From positions 44,863 through 108,862 of the forward strand of contig CALLSD010000060.1 of NCBI GenBank assembly GCA_938014245.1: DNA of 64,000 bases. The letters are read 5' to 3'. This stretch comes from an uncultured Actinomyces sp. (GTDB lineage Bacteria > Actinomycetota > Actinomycetes > Actinomycetales > Actinomycetaceae). The position numbers and the translations under genes are program-made. The notes under the pieces were generated by a model. It was not told the DNA's origin. It saw only the letters and a program-made list of their open reading frames with translations, and made no database searches. Below are positions 10,614 through 20,161 of this stretch, one piece after another. Position 1 is the stretch's first letter. Every line of letters starts with the position of its first letter.

Positions 10614-11321
10614 ATGAAATCGACACCGCACATCAACCCGACGGCCCCCATTGCACCGACCATCTTGCTGCCCGGAGATCCGCTTCGCGCCAAGTTCATT
10701 GCCGAGACCTACCTTGAGGACGCGCAGCAATTCAACGCGGTGCGTAACATGCTGGGCTTCACCGGTACCTACCAGGGCACTCCGGTATCGGTTATGGGCT
10801 CGGGTATGGGTATCCCTTCGATCTCGCTGTATGCGTGGGAACTCATTCACGTCTTTGGCTGCACAAAGCTCATCCGTGTGGGTACCTGCGGCGCGCTGCA
10901 GCCCGGAATCAACCTTTACGATGTCGTCATCGCTCAGGGAGCCTGCACGAACTCGAACTTCATCGATCAGTACAACATCCCTGGAACCTATGCCCCCATC
11001 GGTTCCTACCGCCTGATTGAGGCTGTGCGCGAGAATGCAAGGGAAAAGGGCGTAACCACCCACGTGGGTAACGTCCTGTCCTCGGATACTTTCTACAATG
11101 CCGATCCGACCTTTAACGAGCGCTGGCAGAAGATGGGCATCATGGCCATCGAAATGGAGACCGCGGGCCTGTACGCCACTGCCGCCGAGGCCGGGGTTGA
11201 GGCTTTGGGTATCTTCACCGTCTCTGACTCGCTGGTGACCGGTGAAGAAACGACCGCACACGAACGTCAGACCGCGTTCACCCAGATGATGGAAATCGCA
11301 CTTCCTCTGGCGCAGATCTGA
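10614..11321 (+). CDS. deoD: Purine-nucleoside phosphorylase (hexameric type)
   Basis: [29 protein letters not shown]. Confidence 0.95.
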   Translation: MKSTPHINPTAPIAPTILLPGDPLRAKFIAETYLEDAQQFNAVRNMLGFTGTYQGTPVSVMGSGMGIPSISLYAWELIHVFGCTKLIRVGTCGALQPGINLYDVVIAQGACTNSNFIDQYNIPGTYAPIGSYRLIEAVRENAREKGVTTHVGNVLSSDTFYNADPTFNERWQKMGIMAIEMETAGLYATAAEAGVEALGIFTVSDSLVTGEETTAHERQTAFTQMMEIALPLAQI

Positions 11322-11340
11322 GGACTTGAAAAGGAAAAGT

Positions 11341-11994
11341 ATGAAGAAGTCTGAAGTTGCACACCTGATTGACCACACGATCCTCAAGCCCGAGGCCACT
11401 AGCGCCGATGTCGCGCGGATCGTTGAGGAAGGTGCACGTTTTGGTACCTATTCCGTGTGCGTGTCCCCATCGATGCTCCCGCTTGAGGTGCCCGAAGGAC
11501 TGAAGGTCGCCTGCGTCGTGGGCTTCCCTTCGGGGGCAGTGAAGCCGAATGTCAAGGCCTATGAAGCCAAGCAGGCGATCGCTGACGGCGCTGACGAGAT
11601 CGACATGGTGATCAATATTGCCCTCGCAAAGGAAGCAAAGTTCGACCAGGTCGAAGACGAGATTCGTGCCGTTCGCGCTGAGATTCCTGCCGGCAAGATC
11701 TTGAAGGTCATCATCGAATCCGCAGCTCTCACCGATGAAGAAATCGTTGCCGTGTGCCGCGCAGCCGTAGCCGCGGGTGCGGATTTCGTCAAAACCTCGA
11801 CCGGTTTCCACCCCGCAGGTGGGGCCTCGGTTCACGCCGTTGAACTGATGCGTCAAACCGTGGGTGAAAACGTGGGAGTCAAGGCATCTGGCGGTATTCG
11901 CGACGCCCAAACGGCTATCGCAATGATCGAGGCGGGCGCGAATCGTTTGGGCGTTTCTGCAACCGCAGCGATTCTTGCCGGTCTTGAAGACTAA
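11341..11994 (+). CDS. deoC: Deoxyribose-phosphate aldolase
   Basis: [32 protein letters not shown]. Confidence 0.96.
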   Translation: MKKSEVAHLIDHTILKPEATSADVARIVEEGARFGTYSVCVSPSMLPLEVPEGLKVACVVGFPSGAVKPNVKAYEAKQAIADGADEIDMVINIALAKEAKFDQVEDEIRAVRAEIPAGKILKVIIESAALTDEEIVAVCRAAVAAGADFVKTSTGFHPAGGASVHAVELMRQTVGENVGVKASGGIRDAQTAIAMIEAGANRLGVSATAAILAGLED

Positions 11995-12007
11995 TTCAGG
12001 GGGAAAA

Positions 12008-13684
12008 ATGAACGTTATTGAACGAGCTCAACAGTGGGTGGACCACGATCCGGATCCGGCAACCGCAGCTGAACTTGCCTCCGCCGTTGAAGCAGCGCGC
12101 GCAGGAGACGAGAGCGCGCTTGCCGAACTGAATCGGGCAATGAGTGGCCCTCTGCAATTCGGTACTGCCGGATTGCGCGGCGAAATTGGCCCGGGCGAAT
12201 CGCGAATGAATCTCTCGGTTGTCATCCGTGCAACCGCCGGATTGTGCGCGGTTCTCCTCAAGCATGCAACGCGCGCTCCGCGCGTCGTCATCGGTTGCGA
12301 TGCCCGCTACGGATCAGTTGATTTTGCCAACGCAGCTGCACGCGTGGCCTCGGCAGCAGGATGCGAAGTACTCTTGCTTCCGCTGAAGAACCCCACCCCG
12401 CTCACCGCGTTCTCCGTGCGCGAGTTGGACGCCGACGCGGGCATCATGGTCACCGCATCGCACAACCCGCCTCGCGACAACGGCTACAAGGTCTACCTGG
12501 GCGGAACCGTCGTGACCGGTGCCGGCCAGGGCGTCCAAATTGTTTCTCCCTTCGATGCCGAGATCGCTTCTGCGATTGCTTCGGCTCCTTTCGCCGATCA
12601 GATCGCTCAGAACGACGAGCTGATCGTCAATGTGGATCCTCGCGAGGACTACATTGCTCGCGCCGCTTCTTTGGCGCAGGGAAGCCCGGAAATCAAGGAA
12701 GATCTGGCCATCACCTTGACCGCCATGCACGGTGTGGGCGCAGCCTTGACCCAGCAGGTGCTCAACGAGGCCGGCTTTACCAACGTCAGCCTCGTTGCAG
12801 AGCAAGTGGAACCGGACCCCGACTTCCCGACGGTGTCCTTCCCGAACCCTGAGGAGCCCGGCGCTCTGGATCTGGCTATTGCACATGCGCGCGCACATGC
12901 TTCTGACCTCATCATCGCGGTCGACCCAGATGCTGACCGCTGTGCGCTCGCGGTTCCCGATGAGGCCTCGTCGACCGGCTGGCGTCAGCTTTCCGGTGAT
13001 GAAACGGGCTCACTGCTGGGCGAGTTCCTTGCGGGAAGCGCCCCCGAGGATGCGGTTTTCGCAAACTCGATCGTTTCCTCGCGTTTGCTGGGCAAAATTG
13101 CTCAAGGACACGGACTGAAGTACCAGCACACGCTCACCGGCTTTAAGTGGATTGCACGTGTTCCGGGGCTCTACTTCGGCTACGAAGAAGCCATCGGCTT
13201 TTGCCCCGATCCCACGCGCGTGCGAGATAAGGACGGTATCGCCACTTCGGTTGTCGCCGCTTCCTTGTTCGCAATGCTCAAGAGCCAGGGACGCACGGCT
13301 AAGGACGAACTCGAGCGCATGGCACGGCTCTATGGCCTGCATGTGACAGCGCCGCTGACCTTCCGTGTCGATCGCCTCGAGTTGATCGCAGAGGGCATGC
13401 AGCGCCTGCGTTCTCAGCCCCCGACAACTCTTGCCGGCGCCGAGGTTGAAGGAGTCGTGGACCTATCGAAGGGATGGGATGGCCTGCCGGGGACGGATGC
13501 ACTCATGGTCACCACTACTGCCGGCGACCGCGTGATTGCTCGTCCGTCTGGCACAGAACCCAAGCTCAAGTGCTACCTCGAAGTGGTCATCCCCGTGGAA
13601 GATGGCGCAGAGGTCCCCTGGGCGCAGGCTCGCGAGCGCTTGGAGACGATTAAGTCCGAATTCGGTGCCGCGATTGGGATCTGA
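12008..13684 (+). CDS. Phospho-sugar mutase (alpha-D-phosphohexomutase family; probable phosphopentomutase role)
   Basis: FGTAGLRG, TASHNP, DPDADR, RPSGTEPKLK. Confidence 0.9.
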   Translation: MNVIERAQQWVDHDPDPATAAELASAVEAARAGDESALAELNRAMSGPLQFGTAGLRGEIGPGESRMNLSVVIRATAGLCAVLLKHATRAPRVVIGCDARYGSVDFANAAARVASAAGCEVLLLPLKNPTPLTAFSVRELDADAGIMVTASHNPPRDNGYKVYLGGTVVTGAGQGVQIVSPFDAEIASAIASAPFADQIAQNDELIVNVDPREDYIARAASLAQGSPEIKEDLAITLTAMHGVGAALTQQVLNEAGFTNVSLVAEQVEPDPDFPTVSFPNPEEPGALDLAIAHARAHASDLIIAVDPDADRCALAVPDEASSTGWRQLSGDETGSLLGEFLAGSAPEDAVFANSIVSSRLLGKIAQGHGLKYQHTLTGFKWIARVPGLYFGYEEAIGFCPDPTRVRDKDGIATSVVAASLFAMLKSQGRTAKDELERMARLYGLHVTAPLTFRVDRLELIAEGMQRLRSQPPTTLAGAEVEGVVDLSKGWDGLPGTDALMVTTTAGDRVIARPSGTEPKLKCYLEVVIPVEDGAEVPWAQARERLETIKSEFGAAIGI

Positions 13685-13742
13685 GTAATTCCCGAGGCCT
13701 CGCATGCTGTGGAATGCATACAGTAGTCGCGGCCTAGAACTT

Positions 13743-13776
13743 CTGGTGGGTGTCTCCTTCGGGTGGCACCCACCAG
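13743..13776 (+). terminator. Hairpin closing the deo operon
   Basis: CTGGTGGGTGTC..cTTCGg..GGCACCCACCAG. Confidence 0.5.
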
Positions 13777-13894
13777 CTGTATTCGACTCCTCCCATGGGT
13801 CTTCCCAGTCTGTGGCGCGCTATCATGCGCTGTTCTATGAAGAGCTATGCGTGGTTGACTCGCGGCAATCTATCGAGGCTGGCAGGATAAAAGA

Positions 13895-15379
13895 GTGAGC
13901 GAAGAACACACCTCATCGGATACACAGCCTCAAGATTTTCACGATCATCTTCTTTTACAGGCATTTGCGTGGGATCTGCCCGCTGATCAGAGCTTGTGGA
14001 GGACGATTGCTGCTACGGCGCACGACCTTGCGGATCTGGGGATTGAAGGCGTCTGGCTTCCACCTGCGTACAAGGGTCATAAGGGGGCTGAGGATGTTGG
14101 ATACGGCGTCTACGACATGTATGACCTGGGCGAGTTCGATCAAAAAGGAAGCATCGCTACAAAGTACGGCACGAAGGATGAATACCTCGCGGCTATCGAT
14201 GCGCTCCACGAGGCCGGGATCCACGTCATCGCCGACATCGTCTTGAACCATCGTCTTGGCGGTGATGAGACTGAGGAAGTTCGAGCGCGCAGGGTTGATC
14301 CGGGGAACCGAATGCAGGTGATCTCCGACGAAGAAACAATCCGTGCGTGGACCCGTTTCACCTTCCCAGGCCGGGCAGGAACCTACTCCGATTTCCAGTG
14401 GAATTCGCAATGTTTCAAAGGTATCGACTGGGATGAGAACACCAAGACCAATGCCGTGTGGCTTTTTGATGGCAAAGAATGGGATCCAACAGCGGGCGAG
14501 GAGCTGGGCAACTACGACTACCTCATGGGTTGTGATGTCGACGTATCCTCACCGCAGGTTAATGAAGAATTGGACCGTTGGGGGCGCTGGTACGTTGAGA
14601 CCACGGGAGTCGATGCCCTGCGCTTGGATGCCGTCAAACACATCGGTTCAGATTTCTTCCTGCGTTGGCTGAAAGATCTTCGCGCCGCAACAGGGAAGTC
14701 TCTACCGGTTGTTGGCGAATACTGGAGTTATGACGTGGGACAGCTGTGTTCCTACCTTGATCGAGTGCCTCAAATTGGCTTATTCGACGTCCCCTTGCAC
14801 TTCCACTTTCACGAGGCCTCCGTCTCAGATGGCAACTTTGATCTTTCACAGCTCTACGCGAATACCTTGGTTGCTGCGCGTCCCCAAAATGCGGTGACTT
14901 TCGTTGAAAACCATGACACTCAACCGGGACAATCACTGGAATCGACCGTTGCACCCTGGTTCAAGCTCTCTGCTTATGCTTTGATTCTTTTCCGCGATAG
15001 CGGGGTTCCCTGCGTTTTCTGGGGAGATCTTTTGGGCAGTGGGGATATGCTCCCCGCAGTGCGCGAGCTTCCCTTCCTCATGCGAGCCCGAAAGACCGCG
15101 GCTCAAGGCCCGCAATTTGATGCTTTCGATAATCCCGACGTGGTTGGTTTTGCTCGACAGGGCATTGAAGGGGACCCCTCGACAGGCTGCGCAGTTGTTC
15201 TATCGGATCGTCTTGCTGGTGAGAAACGTTTGTTCCTTGGAAAGTGGCGCGCCGGCGAAAACTGGGTGTGCGCGGTCGGTGAACACCCCTTCGTTGTCAT
15301 TGACGAGGACGGGTGGGCAACCTTCCCGGTCTCCGATGGTGGCCTTTCTGTCTACTTTCCCGAGGCCGCGCATCTTTAG
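13895..15379 (+). CDS. Cytoplasmic alpha-amylase (GH13, AmyA type)
   Basis: VWLPPAYKG, DVGYGVYD, DIVLNH, RLDAVKH, GEYW, FVENHD; no signal peptide. Confidence 0.9.
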   Translation: MSEEHTSSDTQPQDFHDHLLLQAFAWDLPADQSLWRTIAATAHDLADLGIEGVWLPPAYKGHKGAEDVGYGVYDMYDLGEFDQKGSIATKYGTKDEYLAAIDALHEAGIHVIADIVLNHRLGGDETEEVRARRVDPGNRMQVISDEETIRAWTRFTFPGRAGTYSDFQWNSQCFKGIDWDENTKTNAVWLFDGKEWDPTAGEELGNYDYLMGCDVDVSSPQVNEELDRWGRWYVETTGVDALRLDAVKHIGSDFFLRWLKDLRAATGKSLPVVGEYWSYDVGQLCSYLDRVPQIGLFDVPLHFHFHEASVSDGNFDLSQLYANTLVAARPQNAVTFVENHDTQPGQSLESTVAPWFKLSAYALILFRDSGVPCVFWGDLLGSGDMLPAVRELPFLMRARKTAAQGPQFDAFDNPDVVGFARQGIEGDPSTGCAVVLSDRLAGEKRLFLGKWRAGENWVCAVGEHPFVVIDEDGWATFPVSDGGLSVYFPEAAHL

Positions 15380-15422
15380 CCTCCCGGCCCGCCACCCGGG
15401 TGGAGGAGAAAATAAGGAGAAC

Positions 15423-16055
15423 CTACTTGGCCTCGTCAGCGGAGGTGAGGAGGACGGGGGAGGGACGCAGGTTCCGCATCCCATTCCACACGAGGTTGAC
15501 GACGTGAGAAGCGACGTCTTCCTTACTCATCCGGCGCTCATCAAGCCACCATTGGCCCACTTGCGCAATCAACCCCACGAGCATCTGCGCATACAAGGGA
15601 GCCCATTTGGGATTCATATTCGCCTGAGAAAACTGGTTGGCAAGCAGGTGCTCGACTTTGATCGCGATGTCACCCATGAGGGATGAAAACGATCCAGAAG
15701 TGGAATTTTGTGGTGCATCGCGCACAAGAATTCGAAAACCATCCGAATTCGATTCGATGTAGGTCAGTAGTGCAAGTGCGGAGTCTTCGAGGATCATCCG
15801 CGGTCGTTTCGAGGAGTCGAGAGCGGCTTCAAGGGCACTCATGAGGGCATGAACCTCGCGGTCGACAATGACGGCGTACAGGCCTTCTTTTCCGCCGAAA
15901 TGCTCATAAATAACGGGCTTGGAGATCTTCGCTTGAGAGGCAATTTCTTCGACGCTTGTCCCGTCGAATCCCTTTGAAGCAAAGGTCTTTCGCCCGACAG
16001 CAACAAGTTGCTCTCGGCGGGCAAAACCGCTCATGCGCATTCGTTTCTCGGCCAT
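15423..16055 (-). CDS. TetR/AcrR family transcriptional regulator
   Basis: N-terminal HTH SVEEIA..ISKPVIYEHFGGKEGL; divergent from tRNA-Gln/glmU. Confidence 0.92.
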   Translation of the reverse strand: MAEKRMRMSGFARREQLVAVGRKTFASKGFDGTSVEEIASQAKISKPVIYEHFGGKEGLYAVIVDREVHALMSALEAALDSSKRPRMILEDSALALLTYIESNSDGFRILVRDAPQNSTSGSFSSLMGDIAIKVEHLLANQFSQANMNPKWAPLYAQMLVGLIAQVGQWWLDERRMSKEDVASHVVNLVWNGMRNLRPSPVLLTSADEAK

Positions 16056-16134
16056 GTCTTAACCGTACACGCTCGAGTCGCCCGGGGTTCTAGATGCCAA
16101 GACGGGTGTGTTTATGGCACAATCTATGTGTCCT

Positions 16135-16205
16135 TCCGCCTTGGTGTAACGGCAGCACAGAGGTTTTTGGTGCCTTTAGTCTAGGTTCGAATCCTAGGGG
16201 CGGAG
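16135..16205 (+). tRNA. tRNA-Gln (anticodon TTG), CCA not encoded
   Basis: Acceptor stem TCCGCCT/GGGCGGA, anticodon arm GAGGT-TTTTGGT-GCCTT, T arm CTAGG-TTCGAAT-CCTAG. Confidence 0.93.
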
Positions 16206-16234
16206 CTCAATGTGAGCGCGCGTGAAAGGGCGAC

Positions 16235-17266
16235 ATGACTACTCCCACTGCAGTGATTGTTCTGGCCGCAGGCGCTGGGACACGCATGAAGTCCTCTCTT
16301 CCCAAGGTCGTTCACCCTGTTATGGGGCTGTCGATGATTGGTCACGCCCTCCGTGCAGGAGCCGGCACGCACCCCGATCACCTGGTTGCAGTCGTTCGCC
16401 ACCAGCGCGACCTCGTTGCTGATGAAATCCTGCGTAATAACCCCGATGCCATCATCGCGGATCAAGATGAGATTCCTGGAACCGGGCGTGCAGTTCAATG
16501 CGCATTGGATGAACTTCTGAGGCGCGGCCACAGTCTCAAGGGGACGGTTCTTGTCACATATGGCGATGTTCCCATGCTTGACGCGGCCACGCTCAATGAC
16601 CTCGTTGCCTCTCATGACGAACGCGGCGCAACTGTTTCTGTGCTCACGACGATTGTCGAAGATCCGACTGGATACGGCCGCATTGTTCGAGACGATGCAA
16701 GCGGCGATGTCTGCCGCATCGTCGAGCAAAAAGACGCCACAGACGAAGAACGTTCCATCCGTGAGATCAATGCGGGAATTTACGCTTTCGACGGGGAATT
16801 CCTACGCGATGCCCTCATGCACGTGGGGACGAATAACAAACAAGGCGAGGTCTATCTCACCGACGTTCTTGCACAGGCCTACCAGGCTGATTGCGTGACG
16901 AACGGCGTTGTTCTTGACGACCAATGGATGGCGCAGGGCTGTAATGACCGTGTCCAGCTTGCGGAATTGGCTGCGGAGATGAACCGCCGAATTTGTCGCG
17001 AGCACATGCGTGCGGGAGTATCCATCGTGGATCCCGCCTCGACATGGATCGAATGCGATGTCCGCATTGAAGCGGATACAACGATCTACCCACATACTGT
17101 TCTTCGCGGTCAGACAACGATCGCGTCGGGCTGTGAAATCGGCCCGGGAACAACGCTGACAAATGCGCAGGTCGGTCCGGGCTGCCGGGTCCCTTCGTCA
17201 TGGGTCAGTGACACACACCTTGAAGGGGATACCATAGTAACGCCTTTCACTTTGATCGAACGGTGA
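16235..17266 (+). CDS. glmU: GlmU: uridyltransferase domain plus a truncated beta-helix (343 aa)
   Basis: LAAGAGTRMKS..PKV, GTG, YGDVP, GYGRIVR, EINAG, EVYLTD; stops at TPFTLIER. Confidence 0.88.
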   Translation: MTTPTAVIVLAAGAGTRMKSSLPKVVHPVMGLSMIGHALRAGAGTHPDHLVAVVRHQRDLVADEILRNNPDAIIADQDEIPGTGRAVQCALDELLRRGHSLKGTVLVTYGDVPMLDAATLNDLVASHDERGATVSVLTTIVEDPTGYGRIVRDDASGDVCRIVEQKDATDEERSIREINAGIYAFDGEFLRDALMHVGTNNKQGEVYLTDVLAQAYQADCVTNGVVLDDQWMAQGCNDRVQLAELAAEMNRRICREHMRAGVSIVDPASTWIECDVRIEADTTIYPHTVLRGQTTIASGCEIGPGTTLTNAQVGPGCRVPSSWVSDTHLEGDTIVTPFTLIER

Positions 17267-17318
17267 ACAGGAAACTGCTCGACGAGTGAGGTCCGTATGA
17301 ACGGAGAGGACAAACCGC

Positions 17319-18299
17319 ATGACGGGGCTGGTGACCAGCGGAGAAAAGCGTCTGGTTCTTGTATCAGGTCGAGCACACATGGAGCTCGCTCAACAAGTTG
17401 GCGAAGAATTGCACTGCGGAGTTTCTCCGACGACCGCGTATGACTTTGCCAGCGGTGAAACCTACGTTCGTTTCAACGAATCGGTGCGCGGTGCGGATGT
17501 TTTCGTCTTGCAGTCACACACCGGTGAAGTCAATAAGTGGCTGATGGAACAGCTTTTGATGATCGATGCAGCCAAGCGAGCATCGGCAAAGCGTATTACT
17601 GCAGTTGCTCCCTATTACCCCTACGCGCGCCAGGATAAGAAACACCTGGGGCGCGAACCTATTTCTGCACGCTTGATCGCAGACCTCTTCAAGACCGCTG
17701 GTGCAGACCGTGTGATGAGCGTCGACCTACACGCCTCGCAGGAGCAGGGTTTCTTTGACGGCCCCGTCGACCACCTGTGGGCAATGCCCGTACTGGTTGA
17801 GTACGTGCGTTCCCGCGTTGACCTGAGCAACGTCTGCATGGTCTCCCCGGATGCTGGCCGAATTCGCGTTGCTGAGAAATGGTCTGCGAAGCTGGGCGGT
17901 TGCCCGCTGGCCTTTGTCCACAAGACTCGTGACACCACCCGCCCCAATGTTGCCGTCGCTAACCGCGTCGTTGGCGATGTTGCGGGTAAGCAGTGCGTGC
18001 TGGTCGACGACATGATCGACACCGCGGGCACCATTTCCGAGGCCGTCAAGGTCGTCATGAACGCTGGTGCTTCCTCGGTCATTGTTGCTGCAACGCACGG
18101 TATTTTGTCCGATCCTGCAGCTCAGCGTCTTTCCGAGTGCGGTGCGAGCGAAGTGATCGTCACCGATACTTTGCCGATTGTTCCGGAAAAGCGTTTCGAT
18201 AAGTTGACCATTTTGCCCATTGCTCCGCTTCTTGCGCGTGCAATTCGCGAAGTTTTCGACGATGGATCGGTCACATCTTTGTTCGACGGGGTCGCCTGA
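17319..18299 (+). CDS. prs: Ribose-phosphate pyrophosphokinase
   Basis: YPYARQDKK, DLHA, VSPDAG, VDDMIDTAGT. Confidence 0.96.
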   Translation: MTGLVTSGEKRLVLVSGRAHMELAQQVGEELHCGVSPTTAYDFASGETYVRFNESVRGADVFVLQSHTGEVNKWLMEQLLMIDAAKRASAKRITAVAPYYPYARQDKKHLGREPISARLIADLFKTAGADRVMSVDLHASQEQGFFDGPVDHLWAMPVLVEYVRSRVDLSNVCMVSPDAGRIRVAEKWSAKLGGCPLAFVHKTRDTTRPNVAVANRVVGDVAGKQCVLVDDMIDTAGTISEAVKVVMNAGASSVIVAATHGILSDPAAQRLSECGASEVIVTDTLPIVPEKRFDKLTILPIAPLLARAIREVFDDGSVTSLFDGVA

Positions 18300-18437
18300 A
18301 ACCGTTAAACGCGCTATCCTAGCTAGGTTGCTCCGGCGAGGGCGTGAAAGCGCCGTTATCGACAGGGCTTTCTGTAGGATTCCTCCTTCAGATTCCTAGC
18401 GCCGGTGCGTGGAATGAACTATTTGAAGGAGGCTCTC

Positions 18438-19031
18438 ATGAGCAACCCCACGCTGGTCGCACAGACCCGTAGCGAATTTGGTAAGGGTGCAGCACGTCGC
18501 GCACGTCGCGCTGGCTTGGTTCCCGGTGTTCTTTACGGACACGGCGATGCCCCCCTTCACGTTGATCTCCCCGGTCACGAGCTCTTCCTGGCCGTCCGTG
18601 GCCAGAAGAACGCTCTGGTCGAGCTGGTCATCGAAGGCAAGAAGCACCTTGCTCTGGTGAAGGAAGTTCAGCGTCACCCCGTTTCCCGCAACCTGCTCCA
18701 CGCAGACTTCCTGGCCGTTAAGGTCGGCGAGCTCGTCGACGTCGAGGTTCCGGTTTCCATCATTGGCGAGCCCGCCCCCGGTACCCAGCACACTCAGGAA
18801 GAGTTCGCTTTGCTGGTCAAGGCTCCCGCCACCTCGATCCCCGAGTCCATCGAGGTCGACATCACCGGTGTCGAGGCCGGTACCGCAGTTCGCGTTGCAG
18901 ACGTGACCTTCCCCAAGGGTGTCGTCTCCGAGCTCGATCCCGAGACCGTCGTTGTCACGGTCAGCGAAGAGGTTGTCGAAGAAGAGGAAGAAGCAGCTCC
19001 CGCCGAGGAAGCAGCCGAATCTGCCGAGTGA
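18438..19031 (+). CDS. rplY: 50S ribosomal protein L25/Ctc
   Basis: RSEFGKGAARRARR, PGVLYG, VQRHPV, HADF; acidic tail; GAAGGAGG RBS. Confidence 0.95.
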   Translation: MSNPTLVAQTRSEFGKGAARRARRAGLVPGVLYGHGDAPLHVDLPGHELFLAVRGQKNALVELVIEGKKHLALVKEVQRHPVSRNLLHADFLAVKVGELVDVEVPVSIIGEPAPGTQHTQEEFALLVKAPATSIPESIEVDITGVEAGTAVRVADVTFPKGVVSELDPETVVVTVSEEVVEEEEEAAPAEEAAESAE

Positions 19032-19045
19032 TCTCACTGTGATTT

Positions 19046-19083
19046 CGGGAGGCTCGCCCACCAGGGCGAGCCTCCCGTTTATT
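19046..19083 (+). terminator. Intrinsic terminator after rplY
   Basis: CGGGAGGCTCGCCC-ACCA-GGGCGAGCCTCCCG-TTTATT. Confidence 0.8.
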
Positions 19084-19095
19084 ACACTGAATGGT

Positions 19096-20160
19096 ATGAA
19101 GCGCGTGCACGTTATTATTCCCGCGGGTGGAGTGGGCTCTAGGCTGTGGCCCCTCTCGCGTAAAGACCGACCGAAGTTCCTTCTTGACCTTCGAATGAGC
19201 GGGAAGAGCCTCCTGCAAGAAACTATTGACCGCCTCGATCCTGTGGCGCAGTCTTTTACGATCGTCACTGGTAAGGCGCACGAAGAAGCAGTACGCGCTC
19301 AGATTCCCCAGGGACGCGATGTCACTGTCTTGGTTGAGCCCCAAGGGCGAGATTCCATGCCCGCCATTGGCTTTGCTGCCTACATTATTCGCCAGCGTTT
19401 TGGTGATGACGCTCCTATTGCTTCCTTTGCGGCCGACCACGCAATCACTCATCCCGATGTGCTTCTCTCCAGCGTCAGCCGCGCCCTCGATTGTGCTGAG
19501 CGTGGTTACCTTGTCACTGTTGGTCTTTCTCCCTCTAGCCCCTCAACAGCCTACGGTTACATAGCTCCGGGAGATCCTTTCGATCAGGATCAACCAGAAA
19601 ACGGAGCTATTGTCAGTTCTTTCGTCGAAAAACCCGATGAGCAAACCGCTCGCGCCTACGTTGAAGCGGGGTACCTGTGGAATGCGGGAATGTTCATCAT
19701 GACTGCCGGGACTCTTGCACGTCGTCTCGCTCAGTTCCATCCGGATATGGACCTCCACCTCAGCAAGATTGCCGAGGTGTGGGGGAGTGCGGACTTTGAC
19801 GCGGCTTTGGATGAGCATTGGCCTCTGCTCACGAAGATCGCCATCGACCACGCGATTGCCGAGCCTTTATCGCTCGAGGGGGGCGTTGCCGTTGTTCCAG
19901 CTCGCAACATGGGCTGGACAGATGTCGGTGATTTTGATGCCCTCGCCGACATCAGTCCCCAGGGTGAGGCTCTGCGCATTGATTCTCCTCAGACCTTTGT
20001 TCGCTCTTTGACCGGACAAAAGATCGTTCTGGTTGGTGCCGAGAATCTCGCCGTGATTGCAACGCAGGACGCGATCCTTGTCGTTGATCGAGATTGCGCT
20101 CAGGACGTGAAGAAAGCTGTCGATTTCTTGGCGGGCAGTGGGGAAGTTAATCTCCTTTAA
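19096..20160 (+). CDS. manC: Mannose-1-phosphate guanylyltransferase
   Basis: IPAGGVGSRLWPLSR..PKF, EP..RDS, ADH, FVEKP, WNAGMF, WTDVG. Confidence 0.9.
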   Translation: MKRVHVIIPAGGVGSRLWPLSRKDRPKFLLDLRMSGKSLLQETIDRLDPVAQSFTIVTGKAHEEAVRAQIPQGRDVTVLVEPQGRDSMPAIGFAAYIIRQRFGDDAPIASFAADHAITHPDVLLSSVSRALDCAERGYLVTVGLSPSSPSTAYGYIAPGDPFDQDQPENGAIVSSFVEKPDEQTARAYVEAGYLWNAGMFIMTAGTLARRLAQFHPDMDLHLSKIAEVWGSADFDAALDEHWPLLTKIAIDHAIAEPLSLEGGVAVVPARNMGWTDVGDFDALADISPQGEALRIDSPQTFVRSLTGQKIVLVGAENLAVIATQDAILVVDRDCAQDVKKAVDFLAGSGEVNLL

Positions 20161-20161
20161 G

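Noticed and set aside
16135..16235. tRNA-Gln as an integration site
   Set aside because: Followed directly by glmU; no integrase or duplicated tRNA 3' end seen.
18919..19095. manC extension overlapping rplY
   Set aside because: It crosses the rplY terminator; homology begins at ATG 19096.
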